A stretch of DNA of 64,000 nucleotides from an uncultured Bdellovibrio sp. (GCA_963932905.1 CAWVRN010000027.1:55-64054), one strand, 5' to 3'; positions 26,154 through 35,799 are shown, counted from the stretch's first letter. The notes: a model not told the origin generated them from the sequence alone. Numbers and translations: made by a program.

Positions 26154-26546
26154 TTACGAATTTTCTTCATCGTCAGAATACGCTTCCAGTAAATCTAAGT
26201 CCTCAATCACTTCTAAATTATTCGCCATTTCTAGACTGTCTTCGTCCATTTCCAGAGCAGCAAATGTTTGCAAATCTACGTCAGCGGGATTGTTAGCCGC
26301 CATACCCAGGTGGGGCTCTTCACCGCTTGGAATCACCGGCCCACGGGCAGCCTTTTTATTTAAGAACCATAATCCAAACGCCGTTAATGCAGCTGTCGAA
26401 GCCACTGGCATCCACACTTGGAACCAGCGTTTATTGCTATGAATTTGGCTGTTTTCTTTTAAAACCGGAGCGACTTTGGCAAATACAATAGCATCTAGTT
26501 CCGCCGGAGGATTAACTAGGAAGGTACTATCATCATGTCTTTCCAT
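26154..26546 (-). CDS. Putative single-pass anti-sigma factor
   Basis: 130 aa. It overlaps the ECF sigma gene's 3' end by 14 nt. It has one TM helix (WFQVWMPVASTAALTAFGLWFL) and an acidic C-terminal tail. No zf-HC2 motif was seen. Confidence 0.5.
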   Translation of the reverse strand: MERHDDSTFLVNPPAELDAIVFAKVAPVLKENSQIHSNKRWFQVWMPVASTAALTAFGLWFLNKKAARGPVIPSGEEPHLGMAANNPADVDLQTFAALEMDEDSLEMANNLEVIEDLDLLEAYSDDEENS

Positions 26547-27093
26547 GATATCTCCCTTTAAATTCCTTTTCCAAATTCTGTTTCGCTCGATGAATAAGTA
26601 CCTTCACATGGTTCACAGTCAGTTTCATTTGCTCAGCAATTTGGGAATGTTCCAAATCTTCCACTAGAAATAATACGATCGCAACTCTTTGATTTTCTGG
26701 CAAGTCGTTAATGATTTCTGCTAGAATTTGGTTTTTCTCTTTATCAAAGTACTCTTTTTCAGTTTCAGCTATGTCTGCGACCTTGTTTAACTCGTCATCG
26801 CCGACTTTATCTTCCCATTTGTCACGCTTGATCTGATTTAAGAATAAATTGCGCGCGATTTGAAATGACCATGCTTTAAACGAATTAAGAGCTTGATAAG
26901 AATTTGCATTTTCCGAAATTTTGATCCAGGTATCTTGGTAAATGTCTTGCGCTCGCATGTTCTCTCCTGTCAGGTACACACAAAACCCGTAGAGGGCGGC
27001 TTTGTGTTTTTTGTAGAGGGATTCGAACGCTTTCGAATCCCCTTTAGCTACTTTCTGCAGTAGTTCATAATCATTATCTATTTGTGAGCTCAT
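26533..27093 (-). CDS. ECF (group 4) sigma-70 family factor
   Basis: 186 aa. Region 2 reads DIYQDTWIKI. Region 4 reads LPENQRVAIVLFLVEDLEHSQIAEQMKLTVNHVKVLIHRAKQNL. Confidence 0.85.
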   Translation of the reverse strand: MSSQIDNDYELLQKVAKGDSKAFESLYKKHKAALYGFCVYLTGENMRAQDIYQDTWIKISENANSYQALNSFKAWSFQIARNLFLNQIKRDKWEDKVGDDELNKVADIAETEKEYFDKEKNQILAEIINDLPENQRVAIVLFLVEDLEHSQIAEQMKLTVNHVKVLIHRAKQNLEKEFKGRYHGKT

Positions 27094-27981
27094 TTACTCA
27101 CAGTAGCTCAACTCAATTTTTGATGTTTGTCCATTTTCTTGTAAAGATGCAACACCGCACTCATTAGTAAATGTTACTGTCGCTGATCCAGTCTTAGATC
27201 CACTGAAAGCAATGCTTAGTGATCCAGAAACCGGGTAACAAGAGCAATCACCCCATGCGATGTCATTTGCCGTAATAACTGACGAAAACTTAGCTAGGTT
27301 ATGATTCACTTCTAGTTGACCATTAGATACATGGCGGGCCGCACGTGTTAATCCACCGGTTACTTCCAAAGGTTGCAATGTTCTAACCGATACATTGAAC
27401 AACTGACGGCCGTTACGGTCCATTCGTTTGTGCTTACCTAAGATATCTAAATTATATCCCGCCGCAGTTTTAGTTAGTTTCGCGCCGCCACCGTATGAAG
27501 TACCGCGATAGTCCGTTGCTGAATCACTTGAATTCGAAACAACACCACCACGAGGCCCAGTAATCGCTGTACTATACGTACGCGTTACGTAGTCACCGTT
27601 AGAATTCAAAGTACAACTGGCATTCGAGAATGACAATTTCACATTGCCCGCCATTTGGCGCACACCATTTAGTGTCGAACAATCAGAATATTCAATTTGC
27701 TTAACACCAGCTGAACAGGACTGTAAGTAGGCGCGAGAACACGTAGCCGCTTGTGCTCTATCTATTAAGAGAGTCGACCAGATTGAGTTAGGCTTAACTG
27801 ATTGAAACGCAAAGCTAGAATTTGATTGTTCATCCATGCTGCCAGAAACCGCGGTCATACCCGATTCCACGACTGCCTCTGTTTCACTGATACTAGAGTT
27901 GTCCTCGTCTGCGTTCTTATTTTTACATCCTTGAGCCACGGCAAAGATCATCGCAATTGTAATTAACTTAGAAAACTTCAT
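27094..27981 (-). CDS. Cys-rich lipoprotein, unknown function
   Basis: 295 aa with a lipobox (AVAQGC). The mature part has eight further Cys. Its stop directly abuts the sigma factor ATG. Confidence 0.55.
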   Translation of the reverse strand: MKFSKLITIAMIFAVAQGCKNKNADEDNSSISETEAVVESGMTAVSGSMDEQSNSSFAFQSVKPNSIWSTLLIDRAQAATCSRAYLQSCSAGVKQIEYSDCSTLNGVRQMAGNVKLSFSNASCTLNSNGDYVTRTYSTAITGPRGGVVSNSSDSATDYRGTSYGGGAKLTKTAAGYNLDILGKHKRMDRNGRQLFNVSVRTLQPLEVTGGLTRAARHVSNGQLEVNHNLAKFSSVITANDIAWGDCSCYPVSGSLSIAFSGSKTGSATVTFTNECGVASLQENGQTSKIELSYCE

Positions 27982-28174
27982 ATAAGCTCCTTATTAGTTA
28001 TAGGTAATACAATTGAGAAGGCGTTAAGTTACAGGAAATTTAAAACCCTTACGTGTATATCAAAAATAGTCACTGTCTCATTCTGAAACGTCCCTATTCA
28101 ATTCTATTAGATCTTTTTTGGCACACTTCCTGTACCTCTATACTTTGAAGAACCTTTTTTTAGGTGAGGTAATT

Positions 28175-28903
28175 ATGTGGCGTTATATAACATTAGGTCT
28201 ATCTGCGCTTGGCTTGACTGTACTGCTTATCGCTTGTGGCGAGAACAAACAAACAAGCACGGCAAATCCGTATGCAACTAATAACGGATGCCCGGCCGGT
28301 ACATACTACCAAAATGGATTCTGTTACAATTCAACAGGAACCCAAGGCTACTACGGTTCTAACAGCATCAACTTTGTCAGTGACAACTATAAATATAAAG
28401 ATGTCAGAATCACCGATTCTGCTACTTACAAAAGCTTTTTAAAGAAAGCAATGCAAGTGTGTGATCAAGCTCATTCTAGCGGTGGTATCTATGACTGCAG
28501 TTCATGGTCAGTTGGCCAGTTTCAATTGAATGTACAAATGGCTGCGACCAATTCAACATCATTAAAAGCTACATTTTCGGCATATCCACAAACTAATAGC
28601 TACTACTGGTATGGTTATTCATTGCCATCAGCAAGTGACTTCTTTTTCGGATACTTTGGATTTCCGGTTTACACAGCAACGATCATTACTTTAAATCCAC
28701 TTCCAATTGATAATATGGTTGTATCGCTGATCAATGATTCAAAAGGCTTTGAAGCCCGTGCCTATGGTGATGCTCGCACGGTAGCGAATAGAAGTTTAAT
28801 CCAACTGCAAGTACTTGAGGGCAAATTAGACCAGTCTGCGTTTGACTACCAAGTTGGTTTTGAAGGCAAAATTTTTGCTAAAGGCCGTCTACAAAGATAC
28901 TAA
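28175..28903 (+). CDS. Lipoprotein, unknown function
   Basis: I moved the start to ATG 28175, preceded by AGGTGAGG. The N-terminus MWRYITLGLSALGLTVLLIACG has a signal peptide plus lipobox. Confidence 0.55.
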   Translation: MWRYITLGLSALGLTVLLIACGENKQTSTANPYATNNGCPAGTYYQNGFCYNSTGTQGYYGSNSINFVSDNYKYKDVRITDSATYKSFLKKAMQVCDQAHSSGGIYDCSSWSVGQFQLNVQMAATNSTSLKATFSAYPQTNSYYWYGYSLPSASDFFFGYFGFPVYTATIITLNPLPIDNMVVSLINDSKGFEARAYGDARTVANRSLIQLQVLEGKLDQSAFDYQVGFEGKIFAKGRLQRY

Positions 28904-28943
28904 TAGACAATCAGTATCTTTCACTGGATGATAGTTGAAAGCT

Positions 28944-29159
28944 ATGAAACCATTGATAGTCACGTGTCCCACGTGCGGAAAGAAAATCGAATACTCTGCG
29001 CAAAACAAGCATCGACCTTTTTGTAGTGATCGATGTCAGCTGATTGATCTTGGCGAGTGGGCCTCTGAATCTTATAAAATTCCTGTAAAAAATGTTGAAT
29101 TTGATACCTCTTCAAATGATCAGGCCGGTGATGATATCCCGGAGAATGAAGACCAGTAA
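28944..29159 (+). CDS. yacG: DNA gyrase inhibitor YacG (zinc-ribbon protein)
   Basis: CPTCGK...[17 protein letters not shown] closely parallels E. coli YacG. I set the start at the first ATG; the track ORF begins at an upstream TTG (28935). Confidence 0.8.
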   Translation: MKPLIVTCPTCGKKIEYSAQNKHRPFCSDRCQLIDLGEWASESYKIPVKNVEFDTSSNDQAGDDIPENEDQ

Positions 29160-29295
29160 GCCTTCGCGACTTTTCAAAAAAATTAAAATACTCGAAAAAA
29201 AGATATTGACGCCGATTCAATTATGCATTCTGATTGGTCTATAACAAACGACTGCTAAGGTTGTGGTCGTAAATAATATTCATAAGGAGTGTGAT

Positions 29296-29568
29296 ATGAA
29301 TAAAGCGCAATTAATCGAAAAGATCGCAATGGAAACTAAAGTGTCTAAAGCTCAAGCTGAAACTCTTTTAGATTGCACAATCGAAAACATCAAAAAAGCT
29401 GTAAAAAAAGGTGATGATGTTAAATTAGTTGGTTTTGGTACATTTACTAAAGCTAAACGTAAAGCTCGCGTTGGTCGTAACCCACAAACTGGTAAAGCGA
29501 TCAAAATCCCAGCTTCTAACGCTCCAAAATTCCGCCCAGGCGCTGAATTTAAAGCTCTAGTTAAATAA
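29296..29568 (+). CDS. hup: HU-family nucleoid-associated DNA-binding protein
   Basis: 90 aa from ATG 29296, preceded by AAGGAG. MNKAQLIEKIA...GFGTF...RNPQTGKAIKIPA...PKFRPG matches the HU/IHF signature. Confidence 0.9.
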   Translation: MNKAQLIEKIAMETKVSKAQAETLLDCTIENIKKAVKKGDDVKLVGFGTFTKAKRKARVGRNPQTGKAIKIPASNAPKFRPGAEFKALVK

Positions 29569-29614
29569 TTAACTGCAAAGCTGCTGTTAAATAATTTTAA
29601 CTAAGACTAAAAAA

Positions 29615-29643
29615 AGCCGGCCCACAAGGTCGGCTTTTTTTTA
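29615..29643 (+). terminator. Rho-independent terminator after hup
   Basis: AGCCGGCC-cacaa-GGTCGGCT forms an 8 bp stem with one G.U pair, followed by a T9 run. Confidence 0.8.
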
Positions 29644-29724
29644 TGTTTTTCATCTTAGAATGTTTCAAAGGTATCAAAAGCTAAGTAAGCTGTACGTTTC
29701 AAACATTTTCTCTAGCAGGAATCT

Positions 29725-30714
29725 ATGGCTCAACATCAAAAGAAAATTTCTCGAATTGGATTATATACCAGTGGCGGCGACGCCCCCGGCATGAATGCAG
29801 CGATTCGCGCGGTTGTCCGAGTTGCCCATTCGATGAACATCGAAGTCTTGGGAATTTTTCAAGGCTATATCGGTATGATTGAAAATCATGTGGCACCTTT
29901 GAATATTCGTGACGTGGCCAACATCATTCAGCGCGGTGGAACTATCTTGAAAACTGGACGCAGCACTGATTTTCACAAACCCGAAGTGCGCACCCGTGCA
30001 GTAGACACATTAAAAACGCACAATATTGATGGGCTGATCTGTGTGGGTGGCGATGGTTCATTCCGCGGCGCTCATGCTTTATGGAAAGAACACAAGATTC
30101 CTATCGTAGGAATTCCTGGAACTATCGACAATGATATTTTTGGATCTGATCTAACTATTGGTTTTGATACAGCTGTGAATACTGCGCTGGACGCGATTGA
30201 CAAGATTCGTGACACAGCGGACAGTCACGATCGCGTTTTCATCGTAGAAGTTATGGGCCGAAACTCTGGATTTATCGCGTGTCATGTTGGTCTTGCTGGC
30301 GGTGCTGAAGAGATCTTTGTACCTGACGGAAATACAAACATTGATAAATCCATCGATCGTATCAAAGATTCTATCAAAAAAGGCAAACGCAGCAGTATTT
30401 TGATCACGGCTGAAGGACAAAAGCCAGGTCGCGCGTACGATTTGGCAGATGCGATTCGCAAAAAGTCTGGTATTGATCCTAAAATTTGTATTCTAGGACA
30501 TATCCAGCGGGGTGGATCTCCAACGTCGGTGGATCGCGTACTAGCGTCACGCATGGGTGCTGCAGCCATCGATAATTTATCCAAAGGCTTTTGCGATATC
30601 ATGATCGGATCAGATGGTCCTAATTTATTGCAAGTGCCATTTGAACTAGCGACTACAAAAGAAAAGCGCAGTCCTTTAGAATACGTACAACTAAGCCAAA
30701 TTTTAGCTATTTAA
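29725..30714 (+). CDS. pfkA: ATP-dependent 6-phosphofructokinase
   Basis: 329 aa. Motifs TSGGDAPGMNAAIRAVVR, GGDGS, PGTIDND and MGR are typical of the PFK-A family. Confidence 0.9.
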   Translation: MAQHQKKISRIGLYTSGGDAPGMNAAIRAVVRVAHSMNIEVLGIFQGYIGMIENHVAPLNIRDVANIIQRGGTILKTGRSTDFHKPEVRTRAVDTLKTHNIDGLICVGGDGSFRGAHALWKEHKIPIVGIPGTIDNDIFGSDLTIGFDTAVNTALDAIDKIRDTADSHDRVFIVEVMGRNSGFIACHVGLAGGAEEIFVPDGNTNIDKSIDRIKDSIKKGKRSSILITAEGQKPGRAYDLADAIRKKSGIDPKICILGHIQRGGSPTSVDRVLASRMGAAAIDNLSKGFCDIMIGSDGPNLLQVPFELATTKEKRSPLEYVQLSQILAI

Positions 30715-30756
30715 TTTTAACTCTTCATAGAGTGGGAATTTAGTTTAGATGAAAAT

Positions 30757-30778
30757 ATCGTTCGGAACGATTTTTATT
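30757..30778 (+). terminator. Candidate terminator after pfkA
   Basis: ATCGTT-cgg-AACGAT hairpin followed by TTTTTATTTTT. Confidence 0.45.
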
Positions 30779-30862
30779 TTTCTCTTTATTAATCCACGGA
30801 ATTTTATTCTTTGCTTTGTCATCTTTTAAAAAAGATACGCTAATGGATAAAATCCAGTCTTA

Positions 30863-32458
30863 CTATCGAAAATTTTTCAAAATCGTCGCCGCAGCCTTAA
30901 CCGCAGAGGTTTCCGCACTTTCGTAACTTGGTGAAATATAGTTATCCTGGTTCGCAAACAAAACATTACCCACAGGCTGACTCGCTAAAGCCAATTGAGG
31001 CGACGATGCAAACTGTGCGCGACATACAGGAACCGAATGTCCCCACAATGTCATTCTTACCGCCGCGATATCCGACGCTGTAATACCTAATTCAGGGAAA
31101 TACGCTTGAAGATCGGCCAGCATATAATCCCGATGTTTATTATGCGCAAATGGATTTAATAAAAATTGGCGTGCGCCTTGGTAGGGGAACGATTTGTAGA
31201 ACGTTAAAGTGCAGGGAGACCCCTTATCCCCTTGAGCCCAATTCGCAAAAATCACATCCGTGAAACCTTTTGTAAATGGCGCTGCCGAAGACGGAGTTTT
31301 AGGAACTTCTTTTTTCAAGCAATATAGATCGTAACCTTTAGATGGAATATTTCTTCGCAAAGTGACATTACCGACCATGAACGATCGATATTCAATATTG
31401 TTCATCGATTGCATCTGTGCCGCGGGGATATTTGTAATAATTCGCTTCGCCACGAATTTTGGTGCGGCCATAATAACAAATTTAGTTCGAATTGTTTTTA
31501 ATTTATTTAAACTCTCTTCAACCACCACATCCACGAAACCATTACCTGGAATCACTTTCAGGACGGCACTTTTTGTGCGCATCTGAGTCGGCCCAACTGA
31601 TGCCACTAAGTTTTGATATAAACTTTGAGCAATCAAACTATTGCCACCTGGAAATACCATCACACCGTGCTGTTCAGACGCTTGCCACGAAAAAAACTCG
31701 CCGGCCGCAACTTCATCTAACGTGGCACCAAAAGACGACCACGCGTAATACTGGAAGTATTCATACAAAGTCGTCGTAATTTGTGGAAAGTTACGCTGAA
31801 TCCACTGATTCACAGTCATGGAGTTGAAATTAGACGCATTGGACTCGAAACCTTTAAGCAGTTGTTTCATTTGAGCAAACACTTTGGCGTCTTCGTGTTG
31901 ACCACTCCAAAATTTTGGTAGGACTTTACCATTTAAAAAAACTTCTTTATCCGCCGCCGTTTCTAAACGTGCGTATTTCAATACGCCAATATCGTTCAAC
32001 ATTCTATGCGATGCCGAATTCTGCTCTGGAATAGAAATGTACGCAGGTCCTAAAGAGTAGTAACTCGAATTGATCGTTTCACCTTTTGAGTTACCACCAA
32101 ATTGACTGGCTTGCTCTAAAATCAATGGTTTTAATTTTTTTAAATGATAGCCAGCGATCAAGCCGCTTAATCCACCACCCACAATAACCACATTCTGCTG
32201 CTCGCTTGGTACAGGGATACCACCACATTTTTGAATATAGCCATCGACATTCCAAAAACGCTCATGATTTGGATCCGGCTCATCACCGGTAAATTCAGCG
32301 GTAGAGGCCAAACCCGTTAATTTAGTAATGGGATCTTGAGGAGTCGTCGCCCGATACGAAGGCGCGGCCGACAAAGGACTGCATAGTCCGCTCATAGCGG
32401 CCAGCGACGTTATTGTTAACTTATGGAACTCCCTACGGCCTAATCTATAGTCACTCAT
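30863..32458 (-). CDS. Tat-exported FAD-dependent oxidoreductase (amine-oxidase-like)
   Basis: 531 aa with a twin-arginine leader (LGRREFHKLTITSLAAMSG). It has a Rossmann dinucleotide motif (VVIVGGGLSGLIAG). Confidence 0.7.
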   Translation of the reverse strand: MSDYRLGRREFHKLTITSLAAMSGLCSPLSAAPSYRATTPQDPITKLTGLASTAEFTGDEPDPNHERFWNVDGYIQKCGGIPVPSEQQNVVIVGGGLSGLIAGYHLKKLKPLILEQASQFGGNSKGETINSSYYSLGPAYISIPEQNSASHRMLNDIGVLKYARLETAADKEVFLNGKVLPKFWSGQHEDAKVFAQMKQLLKGFESNASNFNSMTVNQWIQRNFPQITTTLYEYFQYYAWSSFGATLDEVAAGEFFSWQASEQHGVMVFPGGNSLIAQSLYQNLVASVGPTQMRTKSAVLKVIPGNGFVDVVVEESLNKLKTIRTKFVIMAAPKFVAKRIITNIPAAQMQSMNNIEYRSFMVGNVTLRRNIPSKGYDLYCLKKEVPKTPSSAAPFTKGFTDVIFANWAQGDKGSPCTLTFYKSFPYQGARQFLLNPFAHNKHRDYMLADLQAYFPELGITASDIAAVRMTLWGHSVPVCRAQFASSPQLALASQPVGNVLFANQDNYISPSYESAETSAVKAAATILKNFR

Positions 32459-32597
32459 GCTGTTCTGCTACTTTAGAGAAGTCTGATTATCAATTTTATT
32501 TCGGCGATGAGTTATAATTGAAAGACAGTTGATAATGTCAGCTGTCACCCCCTATGCTTAACCAGCTGACCATCGTTTAATCCAATAGGAGCGGCTT

Positions 32598-33089
32598 ATG
32601 AAACTGCTGTTATCATTGTTGTTTTTATATACTAGCGTTTCTTTAGCCAAATCTCGCATCGGCGAATGGGCCGCCTATAATTACGAAGAACGCACGGCTA
32701 CGAGGTCAATTAAAGGTACCCTAATCAAAGAAATCGTCGAAGTTAAAAAGCGGGCTGGCCCAAATGGTAAGCTAGTGAACTACTTTAAAATCAGCGAAAA
32801 ATTACTACCGATTGGATCAGCTCCAATGGAAGTTTTCACCTGGGAACCCGAATCGCAGTATCCGCCAAATCTATTTTTAAATTTCTTCGTGTTTAAATGT
32901 ACACTCATCAAAAGCATGGGAACTATCGAAAAAATCAAAGTGCCAGCCGGTAAATTCAATACGTGTCACGTAAAAGATCAAAACAGCTGGATCGCTGCGG
33001 TTCCTTTCAATCATGTGCTCTTCATCCAAGACGAAGAAAATATTTTCCGTCGCTTGGAATTGATCAAGTATTCTTGGAAGAGAAAATAG
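32598..33089 (+). CDS. Secreted hypothetical protein
   Basis: 163 aa with a signal peptide (MKLLLSLLFLYTSVSLA). Confidence 0.5.
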   Translation: MKLLLSLLFLYTSVSLAKSRIGEWAAYNYEERTATRSIKGTLIKEIVEVKKRAGPNGKLVNYFKISEKLLPIGSAPMEVFTWEPESQYPPNLFLNFFVFKCTLIKSMGTIEKIKVPAGKFNTCHVKDQNSWIAAVPFNHVLFIQDEENIFRRLELIKYSWKRK

Positions 33090-33092
33090 TTT

Positions 33093-34319
33093 CTATTTTA
33101 AAATATTCAATAGGGCCGTAATAAAAGCAGCATTGATAAAATCAATAAAGCATGACCCCACAAGTGGCACAATTAAAAATGCTTTGGGTGCAATTCCATA
33201 TTTACGCGTAAGTGACGACATGTTTGCCAGCGCATTCGCTGTCGTACCCATCATAAACCCTACAAAACCACTACTAATAATAGCGGATTCGTATGTCTTA
33301 CCCATAAATTTATACACTAGGAACAATGATCCCAATACAACCAAAATTCCCTGAAGCAACAGGGACACTAATACTGGCAAAGCCGCATTTTTCAATTGTC
33401 CTAAATCCAACGTTACTATCGCCATTGCGATGAATACAGATAAACAGGTATTACCAATTTCTTCTAACGTACTTTCTTTTAATTCAAACCAGTTTGTTTG
33501 ATCGTCAATATTGCGAACGATGGCTGCCACAATCATGGATCCAATATAGATAGGAAGAGTCACACCGATTTGTGAAAAAATAGGCGAAATGTAGGTTCCC
33601 AAACCGACAAATAAAATAATCCCCAACACGTGCTGAATAAATGTATCCGGGCTAAATTTCTCCATCGCTTCGATACCTACCTCAGCAAATGGCATGTCGG
33701 CTGTTTCTTTAGTCGTAATTGTGACTTCTTTTGTTTTTACAAACTTACCTGACACTTGCAGTTTATCACGATTAATTAGATAGGTAGCCAGCGGAGTTCC
33801 CAAGATACCACCCATTAAAATACCACCCAAAGCCGTCGTTAATCCCAATGTCGACGCATTCACCACGCCATTAGATTCAAACAAAGGCGCGAATGCCAAC
33901 GACGTCCCTGGTCCACCAGCAAGGGCGACTGAGCTCATTAAAATACCCGAAATACTTGGCATACCCATCGCTACGGCAATACCAATACCCAAAGCAATTT
34001 GAATCGCTAAAAATACAACACTTAAGAAAAGGAAAAACAAAACTTCACGGCCACCTTTTTTCAAAGATATCCAAGAAGCGCCAAAACCTAATGAAGCGAA
34101 AAACGCAATCATCAAGGGTTCTTGAAATGTTTTATCGAATTTAATTTCCAAACCCAGGCCTTCTTTTAGGACTAAAAATAAAAGCGCAAATAATAGTCCA
34201 CCAATTACAGGAGACGGAAAGTTATAACGACTTAGAAAGCTAACTCGTTTCACCAATATTTGACCTACAATAATAACAATGGCGGCCAGAGCTAAAGTTT
34301 GCAATCCATTGAATGACAT
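33093..34319 (-). CDS. gltS: Sodium/glutamate symporter
   Basis: 408-aa polytopic membrane protein. The N-terminus (..VSFLSRYNFPSPVIGGLLFAL) parallels E. coli GltS. Confidence 0.8.
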   Translation of the reverse strand: MSFNGLQTLALAAIVIIVGQILVKRVSFLSRYNFPSPVIGGLLFALLFLVLKEGLGLEIKFDKTFQEPLMIAFFASLGFGASWISLKKGGREVLFFLFLSVVFLAIQIALGIGIAVAMGMPSISGILMSSVALAGGPGTSLAFAPLFESNGVVNASTLGLTTALGGILMGGILGTPLATYLINRDKLQVSGKFVKTKEVTITTKETADMPFAEVGIEAMEKFSPDTFIQHVLGIILFVGLGTYISPIFSQIGVTLPIYIGSMIVAAIVRNIDDQTNWFELKESTLEEIGNTCLSVFIAMAIVTLDLGQLKNAALPVLVSLLLQGILVVLGSLFLVYKFMGKTYESAIISSGFVGFMMGTTANALANMSSLTRKYGIAPKAFLIVPLVGSCFIDFINAAFITALLNILK

Positions 34320-34370
34320 AGTTCTCCTTAAGAGTTATTGTTCTAAATTGTATAGTATAAGGAGGAATCT

Positions 34371-34778
34371 ATGGTCAAAATGAAAGCGCTTTATCAAGGG
34401 TCAAAACACTGCTTATTGACTCACCTTCCCTCACAATCTGAAATTCAAACAGATGCACCAAAAGATAATCACGGCAAAGGAGAATGCTTTTCCCCAACTG
34501 ATATGACTGCTGCATCACTATTATCATGTATACTAACGACGATGGCGATCAAAACAGAACCGATGGGTTACAAATTAGATGGCATTCACGGAACGGTAGA
34601 AAAAATAATGGCGACAGAGCCTCGTCGCATCGGCGAATTGCGATTGGAAATTCATCTACCAAAATCACTAACATCAGATCAAAGATTAAATCTAGAAAAC
34701 ATAGCAGCCGGATGCCCAGTGAAAGAATCGCTTCATCCAAACACACTAATCTCATCAACCTATTTTTACGATCTATAG
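34371..34778 (+). CDS. OsmC/Ohr-family protein
   Basis: 135 aa. The FSPTDMTAASLLSCILTTMAI segment and the C-terminal AAGCPVKESL are typical of the OsmC family. Confidence 0.7.
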   Translation: MVKMKALYQGSKHCLLTHLPSQSEIQTDAPKDNHGKGECFSPTDMTAASLLSCILTTMAIKTEPMGYKLDGIHGTVEKIMATEPRRIGELRLEIHLPKSLTSDQRLNLENIAAGCPVKESLHPNTLISSTYFYDL

Positions 34779-34782
34779 CAAA

Positions 34783-34851
34783 AGGTACCTCCTAACATTC
34801 TGGTATCCAGCGCGTCTAACGCTGCGGATACCAGAATGTTAGGAGGTACCT
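34783..34851. repeat. Perfect 26-bp inverted repeat (long hairpin) between convergent genes
   Basis: AGGTACCTCCTAACATTCTGGTATCC (34783-34808) is separated by 17 nt from its exact reverse complement (34826-34851). The spacer pairs further (AGCG/CGCT). Confidence 0.9.
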
Positions 34852-34857
34852 CTGAAA

Positions 34858-35799
34858 TTATTTTCCGGAAAGTAAGCAGAGTAGTTCGAATACGACGTCG
34901 ACCCCGGCTAATCCAGTTATGTCGGCGTGATCTGTGGGCGGGGAAATTTCTACTAAATCTCCGCCGACTAGATTTTTGATTTTTAGTCCACGCAGAATTT
35001 GTTGAACTTCATAGCTAGTTAATCCACCAGGAACCGGAGTTCCCGTTCCCGGTGCATACGCGGGGTCCATACAATCTATATCGAAACTCAAATAGGTAGG
35101 CTCGTCGCCAAATACGGGAATTGATTTTACAAAATCAGAAATATGGCCCTTTTTAATATCGTCCATCGTATACACAGTGATTTGATGCTTCTTAATAAAA
35201 TCTAAATCACTTCCGTCAGCCAATGGACCACGAATACCGATTTGCACCATTCGCTTTGGATCAACTAAACCTTCTTCAACCGCGTGACGCGCAAACGCGC
35301 CGTGATGATACTCGTGTCCCCATGCCGCAGGATAGGTATCCAAATGAGCATCGAAATGAATAAAGCTTAATGGTCGTCCGTATTTTTTTCGAAGAGCACG
35401 CAGGACTGGTAAGGTTGTAGAATGATCTCCGCCAACCGAAACGAATTTTTTATTTTTACTAGCCAGATGAGACACAAAACTTTCGATTTTTTCGTACGTA
35501 TCACTGATCGATATAGGAACAGTCTGGCAATCACCAATGTCGGCAACTTTTACACTTTTAAACAAATTCGTCCCTCGAGTCCAATGATACGATCGTCCCA
35601 GTGACGAGCATTCACGTACATGTGACGGAGCGAATCTAGCGCCGGGACGATACGAAACACCACCATCAAACGGGATTCCAAAAATGCCGATATCATAGTC
35701 TTCGTCGACCGCCACATGTGGCAATCGAAAGAATGTTTTAATAGCTGAAAAGCGCGGAAATTCGCGACCACTAATAGGAAGATATTTGTCTGTACTCAT
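34858..35799 (-). CDS. speB: Agmatinase (ureohydrolase family)
   Basis: 313 aa. Motifs GIPFDGGVSYRPGARFAP, GGDHS, FDAHLD and SFDIDCMDP are the Mn-binding ureohydrolase motifs. Confidence 0.8.
   Translation of the reverse strand: MSTDKYLPISGREFPRFSAIKTFFRLPHVAVDEDYDIGIFGIPFDGGVSYRPGARFAPSHVRECSSLGRSYHWTRGTNLFKSVKVADIGDCQTVPISISDTYEKIESFVSHLASKNKKFVSVGGDHSTTLPVLRALRKKYGRPLSFIHFDAHLDTYPAAWGHEYHHGAFARHAVEEGLVDPKRMVQIGIRGPLADGSDLDFIKKHQITVYTMDDIKKGHISDFVKSIPVFGDEPTYLSFDIDCMDPAYAPGTGTPVPGGLTSYEVQQILRGLKIKNLVGGDLVEISPPTDHADITGLAGVDVVFELLCLLSGK

Noticed and set aside
26015-26442. Plus-strand ORFs (26015-26296 and 26059-26442) lie opposite the anti-sigma gene and the small acidic ORF.
   Set aside because: They run antisense to a tightly coupled minus-strand operon. 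Their Ser/Phe-rich low-complexity translations are typical of antisense reading of acidic coding sequence.
30754-30834. A 26-aa hydrophobic ORF (MKISFGTIFIFLFINPRNFILCFVIF) follows pfkA.
   Set aside because: It overlaps the pfkA terminator hairpin and has no RBS. Its hydrophobicity follows from the T-rich terminator region.
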